Positions 7,598 to 15,980 of a stretch of 32,000 bases of DNA are shown piece after piece. The notes beneath the pieces were generated by a model. That model made no database searches. It had not been told where the DNA came from and saw nothing but the letters and a program-made list of their open reading frames with translations. The stretch's first letter is position 1. Each line of letters starts with the position of its first letter. Source of the stretch: Microcystis aeruginosa NIES-843 (GTDB taxonomy: Bacteria; Cyanobacteriota; Cyanobacteriia; Cyanobacteriales; Microcystaceae). Location of the stretch: the NCBI RefSeq assembly GCF_000010625.1, contig NC_010296.1:5220001-5252000 (forward strand), in the 5' to 3' direction. The position numbers and the translations under genes were made by a program.

Positions 7598-8653
7598 TTA
7601 TTTCCAACCAGCGCGATTCATTACCTGTACCGCTTTGGCTAAATTAGGACCATAATTAGCCACGCTAACTGTATCTTCTTTCCCGCGTCCGAGTTTTGCT
7701 AGGAAAGGGTCTAAAGCAACCCCTGGAACGACGGGATATTCTCGATTACCCTTAGCAAAAAAGTTCTGTGCTTCATTGCTAGAAAGATATTCTAAAAATT
7801 TAATGGCCGATTCTCGATTGGGGGCAGTTTTAATTAAACCACCACCGCTAATATTAACGTGAGTGCCGCGGCCTGCTTGGTCGGGGAAAATTACGCCTAC
7901 TTGGTCATAAATTGCCCGTTTAGCCGGGTCTTTTTCTTCGGCATACCCCGCTAAGTAATAGGTGTTAGCTAGGGCTAAATCGGCAATTCCTGCGGCTACA
8001 GCTTCGATTTGTGCCTTATCATTACCCTGGGGTGAACGGGCAAAATTAGCCACTAATCCCCGACACCATTTTTCTGCGGCTGCTTCTCCTTGGATGTCGA
8101 TTAACCAAGCGGTAAAAGATTGACTATAGATGTTACTAGACGACCGAGTGACGACTTTTCCTTTCCATTTGGGATTGGTTAAATCTGCATAGGAATCGAT
8201 TTCTCTGGGGTTAACTCTGTCTTTGTTATACATGATTACCCGCAAGCGTTTACTAAACCCGAACCAGTGACCTTTGGGGTGACGCAAATTAGCGGGAATT
8301 CTTTGGGTGAGAATGCGGGAATTGACCGGGGCAAAAATTCCCTGTTGGTCGGCCCGCCATAATCTCCCGGCATCTACCGTCAGGAGTATATCAGCAGGAC
8401 TATTGCTGCCTTCGCTTTTAATCCGTTCGATTAATGGGTCCGCTTCCCCTTCCACGAGGTTAATTTTTATTCCCGTTTGTCGGGTGAAGTTGTCATACAA
8501 TCGTCGGTCGGTGTTGTAGTGACGGGAGGAATAGAGGTTTAATTGTTTAGTTTGGGCGGAAACTTCGTTTATTTTCCCTAATTGACCCACTGCTAACGCT
8601 AAGGTGGCTGTTCCCGCGCCTAGAAAGACTCTCCGAGTTATTTTATCGTTCAT
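7598..8653 (-). CDS. futA: Fe(3+) ABC transporter periplasmic substrate-binding protein (FutA/IdiA/AfuA family)
   Basis: 351-aa ORF with a Tat-like signal (TRRVFLGAGTATLALA). LNLYSSRHYNTDRRLYDNFTRQTGIKINLVEG and the rest resemble cyanobacterial FutA/IdiA iron-binding proteins. The symbol is tentative. Confidence 0.85.
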   Translation of the reverse strand: MNDKITRRVFLGAGTATLALAVGQLGKINEVSAQTKQLNLYSSRHYNTDRRLYDNFTRQTGIKINLVEGEADPLIERIKSEGSNSPADILLTVDAGRLWRADQQGIFAPVNSRILTQRIPANLRHPKGHWFGFSKRLRVIMYNKDRVNPREIDSYADLTNPKWKGKVVTRSSSNIYSQSFTAWLIDIQGEAAAEKWCRGLVANFARSPQGNDKAQIEAVAAGIADLALANTYYLAGYAEEKDPAKRAIYDQVGVIFPDQAGRGTHVNISGGGLIKTAPNRESAIKFLEYLSSNEAQNFFAKGNREYPVVPGVALDPFLAKLGRGKEDTVSVANYGPNLAKAVQVMNRAGWK

Positions 8654-8879
8654 TGCTCGATTCTTGGTAAAGTTGTCTTTTCCTATTGTACAGCTATTGA
8701 GAATAATTCTTATCTGCGGGAGAAATTATTTGTCGGACTAGGGCGGTAAATGGGGAAAAATCGGGCGAAAATCAGGTTTTTTTGTTTTGATGGGGCTAAT
8801 AAATCCTCGAATCTATCGCTAGTTAAATTCAATAAGCCCAAAATGTTACCCTAAGCTCGATCGAGGGTATTGTGGATTG

Positions 8880-10205
8880 ACATCCTCGCCGCCGTAAAAC
8901 GGACGGCGATTCCCAAACCTCACGATTTGGGTTTCTGCTTCTTTCCCTTGCGGGGTTCCGCACCTGCCTTAACAGATTTACTCTGTTCTGGTCTTATGGT
9001 CGCTCTACAGACTGACACCGCAAGCCCTGCGGCCAAAATATTTTTACTGGCGTTAATATCTCGGTCATGGTGCGTCCCACAGTCTGGACAATCCCATTCT
9101 CGAACATTTAACGGCATTTTCAAGGGCAATATACCCGCAATTACTACACCTTTTAGAGCTAGGAAACCATCTATCTATTTCGATGTAGTTTCTCCCATAC
9201 CAACGGCATTTGTAGGCTAATTGTCGGGTTATTTCTCCCCAGCTTACATCAGATATTGCCTGAGATAATTTCGGGTTTTTGACCATATTCTTAACGGCTA
9301 AATTCTCAACCACAATCGTTTGGTTTTCACGAACTAATTGAGTGGTTAGCTTATGTAAATGGTCTTTTCTACTATCGGTGATTTGAGCGTGAATCCTTGC
9401 TACTTTGATTCTTGCTTTTTCCCGATTTTTTGAGCCTTTCTGTTTTCTAGAAAGATTTTTTTGTGCTTTTCGCAGTCTCCGATAATGCTTTTTAAAATGC
9501 TTGGGATTAGATACTTTATCGCCATCGCTGGTAATCACGAGGCTACTAATTCCTAAGTCAATTCCGATGGCTTTATCTGTTACTGGTAGAGGCTTAATCG
9601 TTGGGTCATCAAATCTAATTGAAATATGCCAACGTCCAGAAGGATGTAATCTGACTGTTACTGTGCTTGGTTCACATCCGTCTGGTATTTGTCTTGACCA
9701 CCGAATAGGTAAAGGTTCTGTGCATTTAGCTAAATAGATTTGTTTGTCTTTAAATTTAAAAGCAGATTTGGTAAATTCGGCACTTCCTCCCTGATGTTTT
9801 TTCTTAAAGTTAGGATACTTAGTACGACCAGCAAAGAAATTAGTAAAAGCTGTTTGTAAATGTCTTAAGCCTTGTTGTAAAGGTACACAGCTAACTTCAT
9901 TGAGAAAGTCTAATTCTTCTTGTTTTTTCCAATCGGTCAACATTGAAGAAGTTTGAGCGTAGCCTACTCTTTCTTGCTTTTCGTACCAAGCTTGTGTTCT
10001 GACATGGAGAGCTTTGTTGTAAACTAATCTTACACAGCCCAAAGTGCGCCGCAATAGCGACTCTTGTGTTGGTGTGGGGTAAAATCGGTAAGAATAGGCT
10101 TTTTCCATGTCTCACATTTTAGCATATATTTCGTAAATGTGCTAATATTTAACAGCAAAGCCGCCGTAAAACGGCGGGGTTTCAGACCCAAATTTTCGAT
10201 GATCA
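8880..10205 (-). mobile_element. IS200/IS605-family element of the tnpB-only (IS1341-like) type; boundaries approximate
   Basis: Similar subterminal hairpins lie in direct orientation at both ends: TCGCCGCCG-TAAAA-CGGaCGGCGA (8886-8909) and CCGCCG-TAAAA-CGGCGG (10161-10177). A single tnpB-like gene lies between them and there is no tnpA (Y1) gene. Confidence 0.75.
8920..10108 (-). pseudogene. tnpB: TnpB (OMEGA/RuvC-like RNA-guided nuclease) gene interrupted by a +1 frameshift
   Basis: ORF 9065-10108 (MEKAYSYRFYPTPTQESLLRRTLGCVRLVYNKAL ... IGIDLGI ... VVENLAVKNM ... CSNCGYIA) continues in another frame as ORF 8920-9129 ([33 protein letters not shown]). Deleting one C from the GCCC run (antisense; GGGC at 9124-9127 on the + strand) restores [17 protein letters not shown] and a ~395-aa protein. 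The zinc-finger second half and the third RuvC motif (HDRDINAS) lie downstream of the shift. Confidence 0.85.
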
Positions 10206-12820
10206 ACAGTAATCACCAACAAGCGATCGAGCTAATGTTAGCATCGGGAGACTATAATCAGTTATTGTTATTTTGTCAACAAGCGCTCGCGGTTCATCCG
10301 GAAGTGACTGATTATTATCCTTATCTGGGATTAGCTTATCTGCTGCTAGAGCAGCAAGCAACAGCGCAAGAAATTTGGTTATTTTGGCTATTACAATCAG
10401 AGTCTAGTCAAGATTTAATTATGCTCCTCAAAAAAGAGATAATTAGAAATCTCGATTGCTGGCAGTTTGGCCAAGCTAAATTAATCTATCTTCAGTGGCT
10501 AGAATTAGAGGAAATAGAAGGGGATGAAGAGATAGAAAATTATGCCCTGACTGCGATAAACTCCTGTCTTCAAGAGGTGCAAGAGGCAATTAATCGGCGA
10601 GAATATACTTTAGCTGAGGACTTTTACTTAAGAATTTTATCTTGGCGTGAACAATTAGCTTACATCTGGCACGATTTAGGATATTTATACTATATAATTA
10701 ACCGACTAACAGAATCTTTTAACTGTTTAGCACGAGCCATAGAATTAGAGGAAAATCAAGCCTTATATCATTATACTATGGCCATGGTGCTAGAAAAGCA
10801 ATCACGTTTAGATATAGCTTTATCAGCTTATCAAAAAGCGATTGATCTCAATCCCAATTTTATCGATGCTTATAACAAACTGGGCAATTTATTTTATAAA
10901 CTAGGGCAGCTAGAGTCAGCCGAAAAATTCTATCAGCAGGGAATTAATAAACAGGGTGATTTTTATCCTTTTTATATCAATTTAGGCAATGTCTATTTAG
11001 TTAAACAAGCTTGGACAGAGGCAAAAAATGCTTATAAAATGGCTCAACAACTGGCAGGAGATAGAGGAGAAATTAGTCAAAATCTCTCCCTTTGGCAAAT
11101 TCTGCAAGCTGACCAAAAAAGAGCGGATCTTTATTCTGGTGATTATTTTTATCAAAGAAAAATCTATCAATTAGCATTAAACTATTATCAAAAATTATTA
11201 GCAATTAAAATAGAGGACAGCAATTTTTATTTAAATTGCGCCCATTGCTATCTCATTGTTAAAGGAGAAAAACAGGCTTTAGAAGTGTATAAAAAAGGCA
11301 TTGCCTATCATCCAGAAAATATTGATTTACATTTGCGCCTAATTTGGTTACTACAAAATAATTATCCGATCGAGGTGGCAATTCAAGCAACTAAATCAGC
11401 TTTAGAGTATCTTCCCGATCACCCATCCCTGAAGTTAGAATTAATGCGGTTAATGCCGATAGTTTACACAACTCAAGCCGATATTATGCAATATCGATCA
11501 AACTACGAGAAACGGTTAGATAATATCTTGGAAAATCTTGATTTAAACACTAATAATCAACAACAAGAGGCTTGGAAAAGTATTGGATTAAGAACTAACT
11601 TTTATCTTCAATATCAAGCGGAAAATGATTTAGAACTACAAAAAAAATATGGAGAATTAGTTTATAAAATTGCCTCGGTTAACTTTCCCAATTGGGTAAA
11701 AAACCTAACCATGCCTACGGGAAAAATTCGCCTTGGCTATATTTCTGCTCACCTGCGTCATCACACAGTAGCGAAACTCTTTCAAGGATGGTTGCAGTGG
11801 CGAAATCGAGAACAATTTGAAATTTATTGTTATGGAATAGATATTAATAACACCTTCGATAATTTTACCAAACAATATCAAGAGCAAAGTGAATATTTTT
11901 ATCAGTTTGATAATCTGGTCAATATGGAAACAATTGCCCAACATATTTTAGATAATCAGTTACATATTCTGGTTTATTTAGATATTGGTATGGATGCTCG
12001 TACTACCCAACTAGCAGGATTGCGTTTAGCTCCAGTACAATGTGTAACTTGGGGTCATCCCATCACCTCAGGATTACCAACCATTGATTATTTTATCTCC
12101 AGTGAATTAATGGAACCCGCGCAGGGAGATAATCACTACAGTGAAAAATTAATTCGCTTATCCAATTTAGGTATTGCCTATGCCAAACCTTCCCTTCCTC
12201 TCCAGAGAAAAACTCGTTTAGAGATGGGATTAGCCGAGGATAAAATTATCTATTTAAACTGTCAGAGTTTATTTAAATATCTGCCAGAAAATGACGATAT
12301 TTTTCCGAGAATTGCCCAACAAGTTCCCAACAGCCACTTTATTTTTATCTGTCATCGTAGCGAATTTGTGACCCATTGCTTTCAGTCGAGATTAAGTCAA
12401 GCTTTTAATAAGTATGGACTCAATTGGCAAGATTACGGGGTAATGATGCCACAATTAGAACAAAATGATTATTTTCAGCTTAACTTATTAGCAGACATCT
12501 ATTTAGATAACTTAAGTTGGTCGGGGGGAAATACCACCTTAGAAGCAATTGCCTGTCAGCTTCCAGTTGTTACCTGTCCGGGGGAATTTATGCGCGGACG
12601 ACATTCCTATGCTATCTTGAAAAGATTAGGAATAACTGATACAATTGCTACGGATAAAAATCACTATATTGAAATTGCTATCCGTTTAGGTTTAGATAAT
12701 CAATGGCGACAAACAATCAAAGATTATACTAAAATGAATATCGATACAGTATTTAACGATCGAACCTCTGTAGAAAGTCTAGAAAGATTTTATCAATCTG
12801 TAGTAGGAGAAGGTAAATAA
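10199..12820 (+). CDS. TPR-repeat protein with C-terminal SPINDLY/OGT-type (GT41-like) glycosyltransferase domain
   Basis: The N-terminal ~500 aa are TPR-like. The C-terminal part matches the COG3914/SPINDLY pattern (RLGYISAHLRHHTVAKL, CQSLFKYLPENDDIF, YLDNLSWSGGNTTLEAIACQLPVVTCPGEFMRGRHSYAILKRLGI). The track ORF start (10064) lies inside the IS. ATG 10199 is preferred, but it sits in an IS-end-like motif, so ATG 10235 is an alternative. Confidence 0.8.
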   Translation: MINSNHQQAIELMLASGDYNQLLLFCQQALAVHPEVTDYYPYLGLAYLLLEQQATAQEIWLFWLLQSESSQDLIMLLKKEIIRNLDCWQFGQAKLIYLQWLELEEIEGDEEIENYALTAINSCLQEVQEAINRREYTLAEDFYLRILSWREQLAYIWHDLGYLYYIINRLTESFNCLARAIELEENQALYHYTMAMVLEKQSRLDIALSAYQKAIDLNPNFIDAYNKLGNLFYKLGQLESAEKFYQQGINKQGDFYPFYINLGNVYLVKQAWTEAKNAYKMAQQLAGDRGEISQNLSLWQILQADQKRADLYSGDYFYQRKIYQLALNYYQKLLAIKIEDSNFYLNCAHCYLIVKGEKQALEVYKKGIAYHPENIDLHLRLIWLLQNNYPIEVAIQATKSALEYLPDHPSLKLELMRLMPIVYTTQADIMQYRSNYEKRLDNILENLDLNTNNQQQEAWKSIGLRTNFYLQYQAENDLELQKKYGELVYKIASVNFPNWVKNLTMPTGKIRLGYISAHLRHHTVAKLFQGWLQWRNREQFEIYCYGIDINNTFDNFTKQYQEQSEYFYQFDNLVNMETIAQHILDNQLHILVYLDIGMDARTTQLAGLRLAPVQCVTWGHPITSGLPTIDYFISSELMEPAQGDNHYSEKLIRLSNLGIAYAKPSLPLQRKTRLEMGLAEDKIIYLNCQSLFKYLPENDDIFPRIAQQVPNSHFIFICHRSEFVTHCFQSRLSQAFNKYGLNWQDYGVMMPQLEQNDYFQLNLLADIYLDNLSWSGGNTTLEAIACQLPVVTCPGEFMRGRHSYAILKRLGITDTIATDKNHYIEIAIRLGLDNQWRQTIKDYTKMNIDTVFNDRTSVESLERFYQSVVGEGK

Positions 12821-12835
12821 AACTTTAGGGTTACA

Positions 12836-12878
12836 TAGGGTTTGCGGCAAAAAGTTTGTTGGGGTGTGGGGTATGGGG
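12836..12878 (-). repeat. Truncated MITE copy E (one end only)
   Basis: TAGGGTTTGCGGCAAAAAGTTTGTTGGGGTGTGGGGTATGGGG matches the GCGGCAAAAAG end of copies B and D, then breaks off next to the IS30-like relic. Confidence 0.6.
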
Positions 12879-12923
12879 AAGAAAACCAGATAAAGTTCAT
12901 TTTGTCAAGGATTTAAGATGCTC

Positions 12924-13312
12924 TTACCCTGGGTTTAATCCTCTTTCCCAAAAATGATAAGGAGTAGCAAAATAAAAATCTGTTCCTAGTTTCTGACTCA
13001 ACTCTTGATGTCCACAAAATTCTTTGGCCTTGTCACAAAGGTCGGTTTTTCTTTTGTCAGGGGGAATCTCTTGGAAAAGTTTTTCGGTGACAAGGGTTGA
13101 TTTCCGATGCGGTTTTGTTCTTGGCCAATCCTGCCACGCTCCGGAATCGCGCCAAGCTTACTTTTCGCCCCGCTTCGACTCTTTCTTTTTCCTCGTCTGG
13201 CCCTATAGGTATTCTTGATGCTCTCCATAGTCTCGATAGTTGACGATTGGCCACCTTGCCAAGAATTAGTGATAAAATTACAATATAAACAGTAATTTTT
13301 TCCCCCAAGCAT
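12924..13312 (-). pseudogene. IS30-family transposase relic (frameshifted, internally deleted)
   Basis: Minus-strand translation gives ...DKAKEFCGHQELSQKLGTDFYFATPYHFWERGLNPG* (stop 12924-12926), resembling the IS30 C-terminal DNGxEF...YFAxPYxxWxRGxNEN region. Upstream, in other frames, lie ...TYRARRGKRKSRSG...AIPER... and ...NRIG.... No intact ORF remains; track ORFs 12998-13312 and 13057-13362 are pieces of it. Confidence 0.5.
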
Positions 13313-13335
13313 AATCCCTCACCCCCAATAAAATT

Positions 13336-14142
13336 ATGATGCACGGTTTTATTCCCCCACATCGTTATTTTCCCTATCTTACTTGGACAGATATAGATTC
13401 AATGCCAGATAAGGAAAATGTGGTAATTATTCAACCCATCGGTGCGATCGAACAACACGGACCCCATCTACCTATTGCCGTCGATGCTGCCATTAGTTTA
13501 GGGGTTTTAGGCAAAGCTTTCGAGAAATTAGATACAAACATCGCCGCTTTCGCTTTACCCTGTCTCTACTACGGAAAATCTAACGAACATTGGTCTTTTC
13601 CAGGCACGATTACCCTCTCGGCAGCCACCTTATTAACCCTCATTCAAGAGATAGCTGAAAGTCTCTATCGTTCGGGTTTTCGCAAGTTAGTATTAATGAA
13701 CTCCCACGGCGGGCAACCGCAAGTTATGGAAATTGCTGCTAGGGATATTCATCAACAATATCCCGATTTTTTAGTATTTCCTTTTTTCACTTGGCGAGTT
13801 CCCCACAATGCGGCTGAATTATTCTCGGAATATGAATTAGAATACGGTATTCATGCAGGAGATGTGGAAACTAGCATTATGTTATCATTACTGCCAGAAC
13901 AGGTAAAAATTGAGCGGGCCGTCCGAGAATATCCTCAAGGTTGGCCAGAAAATAGTTTGTTAACTATGGAGGGAAAATTACCCTTTGCTTGGTTAACTAA
14001 GGAATTAACTAAAAGTGGAGTGATGGGAGATGCTACTAATGCAAGTAAAGAAAAAGGCGATCGATTATTAGAATCTGTTGCTAATGGTTGGGTACAGGTG
14101 ATCGCTGATGTTTATCAATTCCGTCAACCGAAGTTATATTAA
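13336..14142 (+). CDS. Creatininase (creatinine amidohydrolase) family protein
   Basis: 268-aa ORF with family motifs IGAIEQHGPHLP, LMNSHGGQ and GIHAGDVETS. Confidence 0.85.
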   Translation: MMHGFIPPHRYFPYLTWTDIDSMPDKENVVIIQPIGAIEQHGPHLPIAVDAAISLGVLGKAFEKLDTNIAAFALPCLYYGKSNEHWSFPGTITLSAATLLTLIQEIAESLYRSGFRKLVLMNSHGGQPQVMEIAARDIHQQYPDFLVFPFFTWRVPHNAAELFSEYELEYGIHAGDVETSIMLSLLPEQVKIERAVREYPQGWPENSLLTMEGKLPFAWLTKELTKSGVMGDATNASKEKGDRLLESVANGWVQVIADVYQFRQPKLY

Positions 14143-15407
14143 TAGAAGATTAATTAGAGTTGTTAATAAGCTGTACTGCATTTAAACTGCCTATTGGTAA
14201 TTTTAGTACAAAGGATAAAACTCCATCTTCCTTCTCCTTTGATTCAGGAATTTGCTCACCATCTTCCCTTAACATAAATAGAGGAAATTTTAACCAGACA
14301 GGTGTAGTTTTTAGCATAATTATTAATCTCAATCATGAGTTTTATCCCTGAGGTTTTAGAAATTTTGTCAACGGTAACAAAAAAAAAGAAACGACATTTT
14401 TTACCATATTTTTTCTAGGGGATAAGAATTGAAAACAGAATCAACGACTAGGATAATTAGGTTTTCTGGATTCTTCGGTACTTGTTATGCCATCAAAAAT
14501 ACCTAACTTGACCCATAAGGTTTTCAGGATAAGCAAAAATTCCCTAGCATACTACCTAACGAAGAACCAGATAAAGTTAATTTTTGTTTAATCTGAATTA
14601 ACCCTATTGTTAAGGATATTGGCTAAGATATAAGGATTAGGTGCATTATTTTCCTAATTTATTCCTGACAGAATATGTCCCGCTAAGAAAAGTAAATTCT
14701 AGTTGAAAATGTCAAAGGGAAGGAGGTGGAGAAAATTATTCCTCAAAAAAATCATATTATCTCGGAATTTCAGCTATTTGTAGATTTGAAATCGATTTTT
14801 GATGGACAGATTTTTTCAAACTATCTCTGTTCAGTTAATACCCACATTCAGCACGTCAATCAGGAAAAGTAGTATAATCAAAGAAAATTAACTAAGTATT
14901 TATCCTCAATATTTTCCCAATTGCTGATCGCCTTTTGTCTTCTCCTTAAAGCTTTATTTCTGTCTGTATCACTTGTTACCTTTTAAAATGAGAATTGCTG
15001 GGTCAGGAGACACATCTGATCCTCAATCCTGTTTAAAAGGTATAGTACAGTGGGGAGTAGCGGAGCAGCAGGCAGGGAACAGCAAGGGTTATCCGCTTTT
15101 TTAGCTAACTTAACAATACCCACTTTAAATGCGTCTTATCCTAAATCCGGTTATTAAAAACTGATTATTTATTCCTCCTTTTGCCTGTTGCATGAGTGCC
15201 TGTCCTGATAAGTAGCCTATACTCAAAGGATTTAGCCTTAGCTTAATTGCCGCGGGAAAGTTGGCCAAACCCTATCAAGGTTAGCTAAATCGGACAGCAA
15301 GCTAACTCAGCAATTTAAGCGAAAACTCTGCCATTCTCTAGGATGCCATTCCGGGTTAATCTGGGTTTCGGACGCAATTTTTCGATGACTAAATTTTAAG
15401 AGGCAGT

Positions 15408-15857
15408 ATGGAACGCACTTTCTTAATGATTAAACCCGACGGTGTGCAGCGCAATCTGGTGGGGGAAATTATTCAACGCTTTGAAACTAAAGGTTTTACG
15501 CTGGTTGGGTTGAAAATGATGCAGGTTTCTAGTGAATTAGCGGAAAAACACTACGCTGTTCATAAGGAAAGACCCTTTTTCCGTTCGTTAGTCGATTTTA
15601 TTACCTCCTCCCCCGTGGTGGCCATGGTTTGGCAAGGAGAAGGAGTAATTGCCTCCGCTAGAAAAATTATTGGCGCCACTAATCCCCTCAATGCTGAACC
15701 TGGTACGATTCGCGGTGATTTTGGCATTAGTGTCGGACGCAATCTTATCCATGGGTCCGATGGTCCAGATACGGCCAAAGATGAAGTTAGTCTCTGGTTT
15801 AGCGATGCAGAATTAGCTAATTGGACTCCCGCAATCACTCCCTGGGTGGTAGAATAA
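15408..15857 (+). CDS. ndk: Nucleoside diphosphate kinase
   Basis: 149-aa ORF: [26 protein letters not shown] ... GTIRGDF ... NLIHGSD (active-site His). Confidence 0.97.
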   Translation: MERTFLMIKPDGVQRNLVGEIIQRFETKGFTLVGLKMMQVSSELAEKHYAVHKERPFFRSLVDFITSSPVVAMVWQGEGVIASARKIIGATNPLNAEPGTIRGDFGISVGRNLIHGSDGPDTAKDEVSLWFSDAELANWTPAITPWVVE

Positions 15858-15870
15858 ACCCCTTTGAGGC

Positions 15871-15950
15871 AGTCAGGAGCCGGTCGTCAGGAGACAGGAG
15901 ACAGGAGATTGCTTTTATTTATTCTCCCTTCTCCCCTCTCCCTTCTCCCC
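15871..15950. repeat. AGGAGAC heptamer and pyrimidine-rich repeat block; inverted partner at 5986-6024
   Basis: AGTCAGGAGCCGGTCGTCAGGAGACAGGAGACAGGAG ... TTTTATTTATTCTCCCTTCTCCCC. The reverse complement shares GGGGAGAAGGGAGAATAAATAAAA with 5986-6009. Confidence 0.75.
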
Positions 15951-15980
15951 ATTTCCCCAACCCCCTAATATTCGGAAATT

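Noticed and set aside
8870-9220. A 116-aa + strand ORF overlapping the tnpB 3' end
   Set aside because: It is antisense to recognisable TnpB coding sequence and to the RE hairpin, and has no motifs.
10064-10198. N-terminal extensions of track ORFs that begin at non-ATG codons: 10064, 6867, 2037, 18860, 19471, 21987, 28667, 29573 and 27096
   Set aside because: The extensions run into IS, MITE or neighbouring-gene sequence. Each is followed by an in-frame ATG that matches the family's usual N-terminus, so shorter coordinates were used.
14150-14351. Overlapping 60-aa (-) and 63-aa (+) ORFs just after the creatininase gene
   Set aside because: There are no motifs and no RBS, the sequence is AT-rich, and the two ORFs are mutually antisense. 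They could be a frameshifted remnant but are not supportable as genes.
15040-15105. A GC-rich segment (GGAGCAGCAGGCAGGGAACAGCAAGG) followed by TCCGCTTTTTT, considered as SRP (4.5S) RNA or another sRNA
   Set aside because: I could not build the conserved SRP domain IV (GGAA tetraloop with symmetric loop). Only a 6-bp stem with a 27-nt loop is possible. It is kept only as part of the ORF-free region finding.
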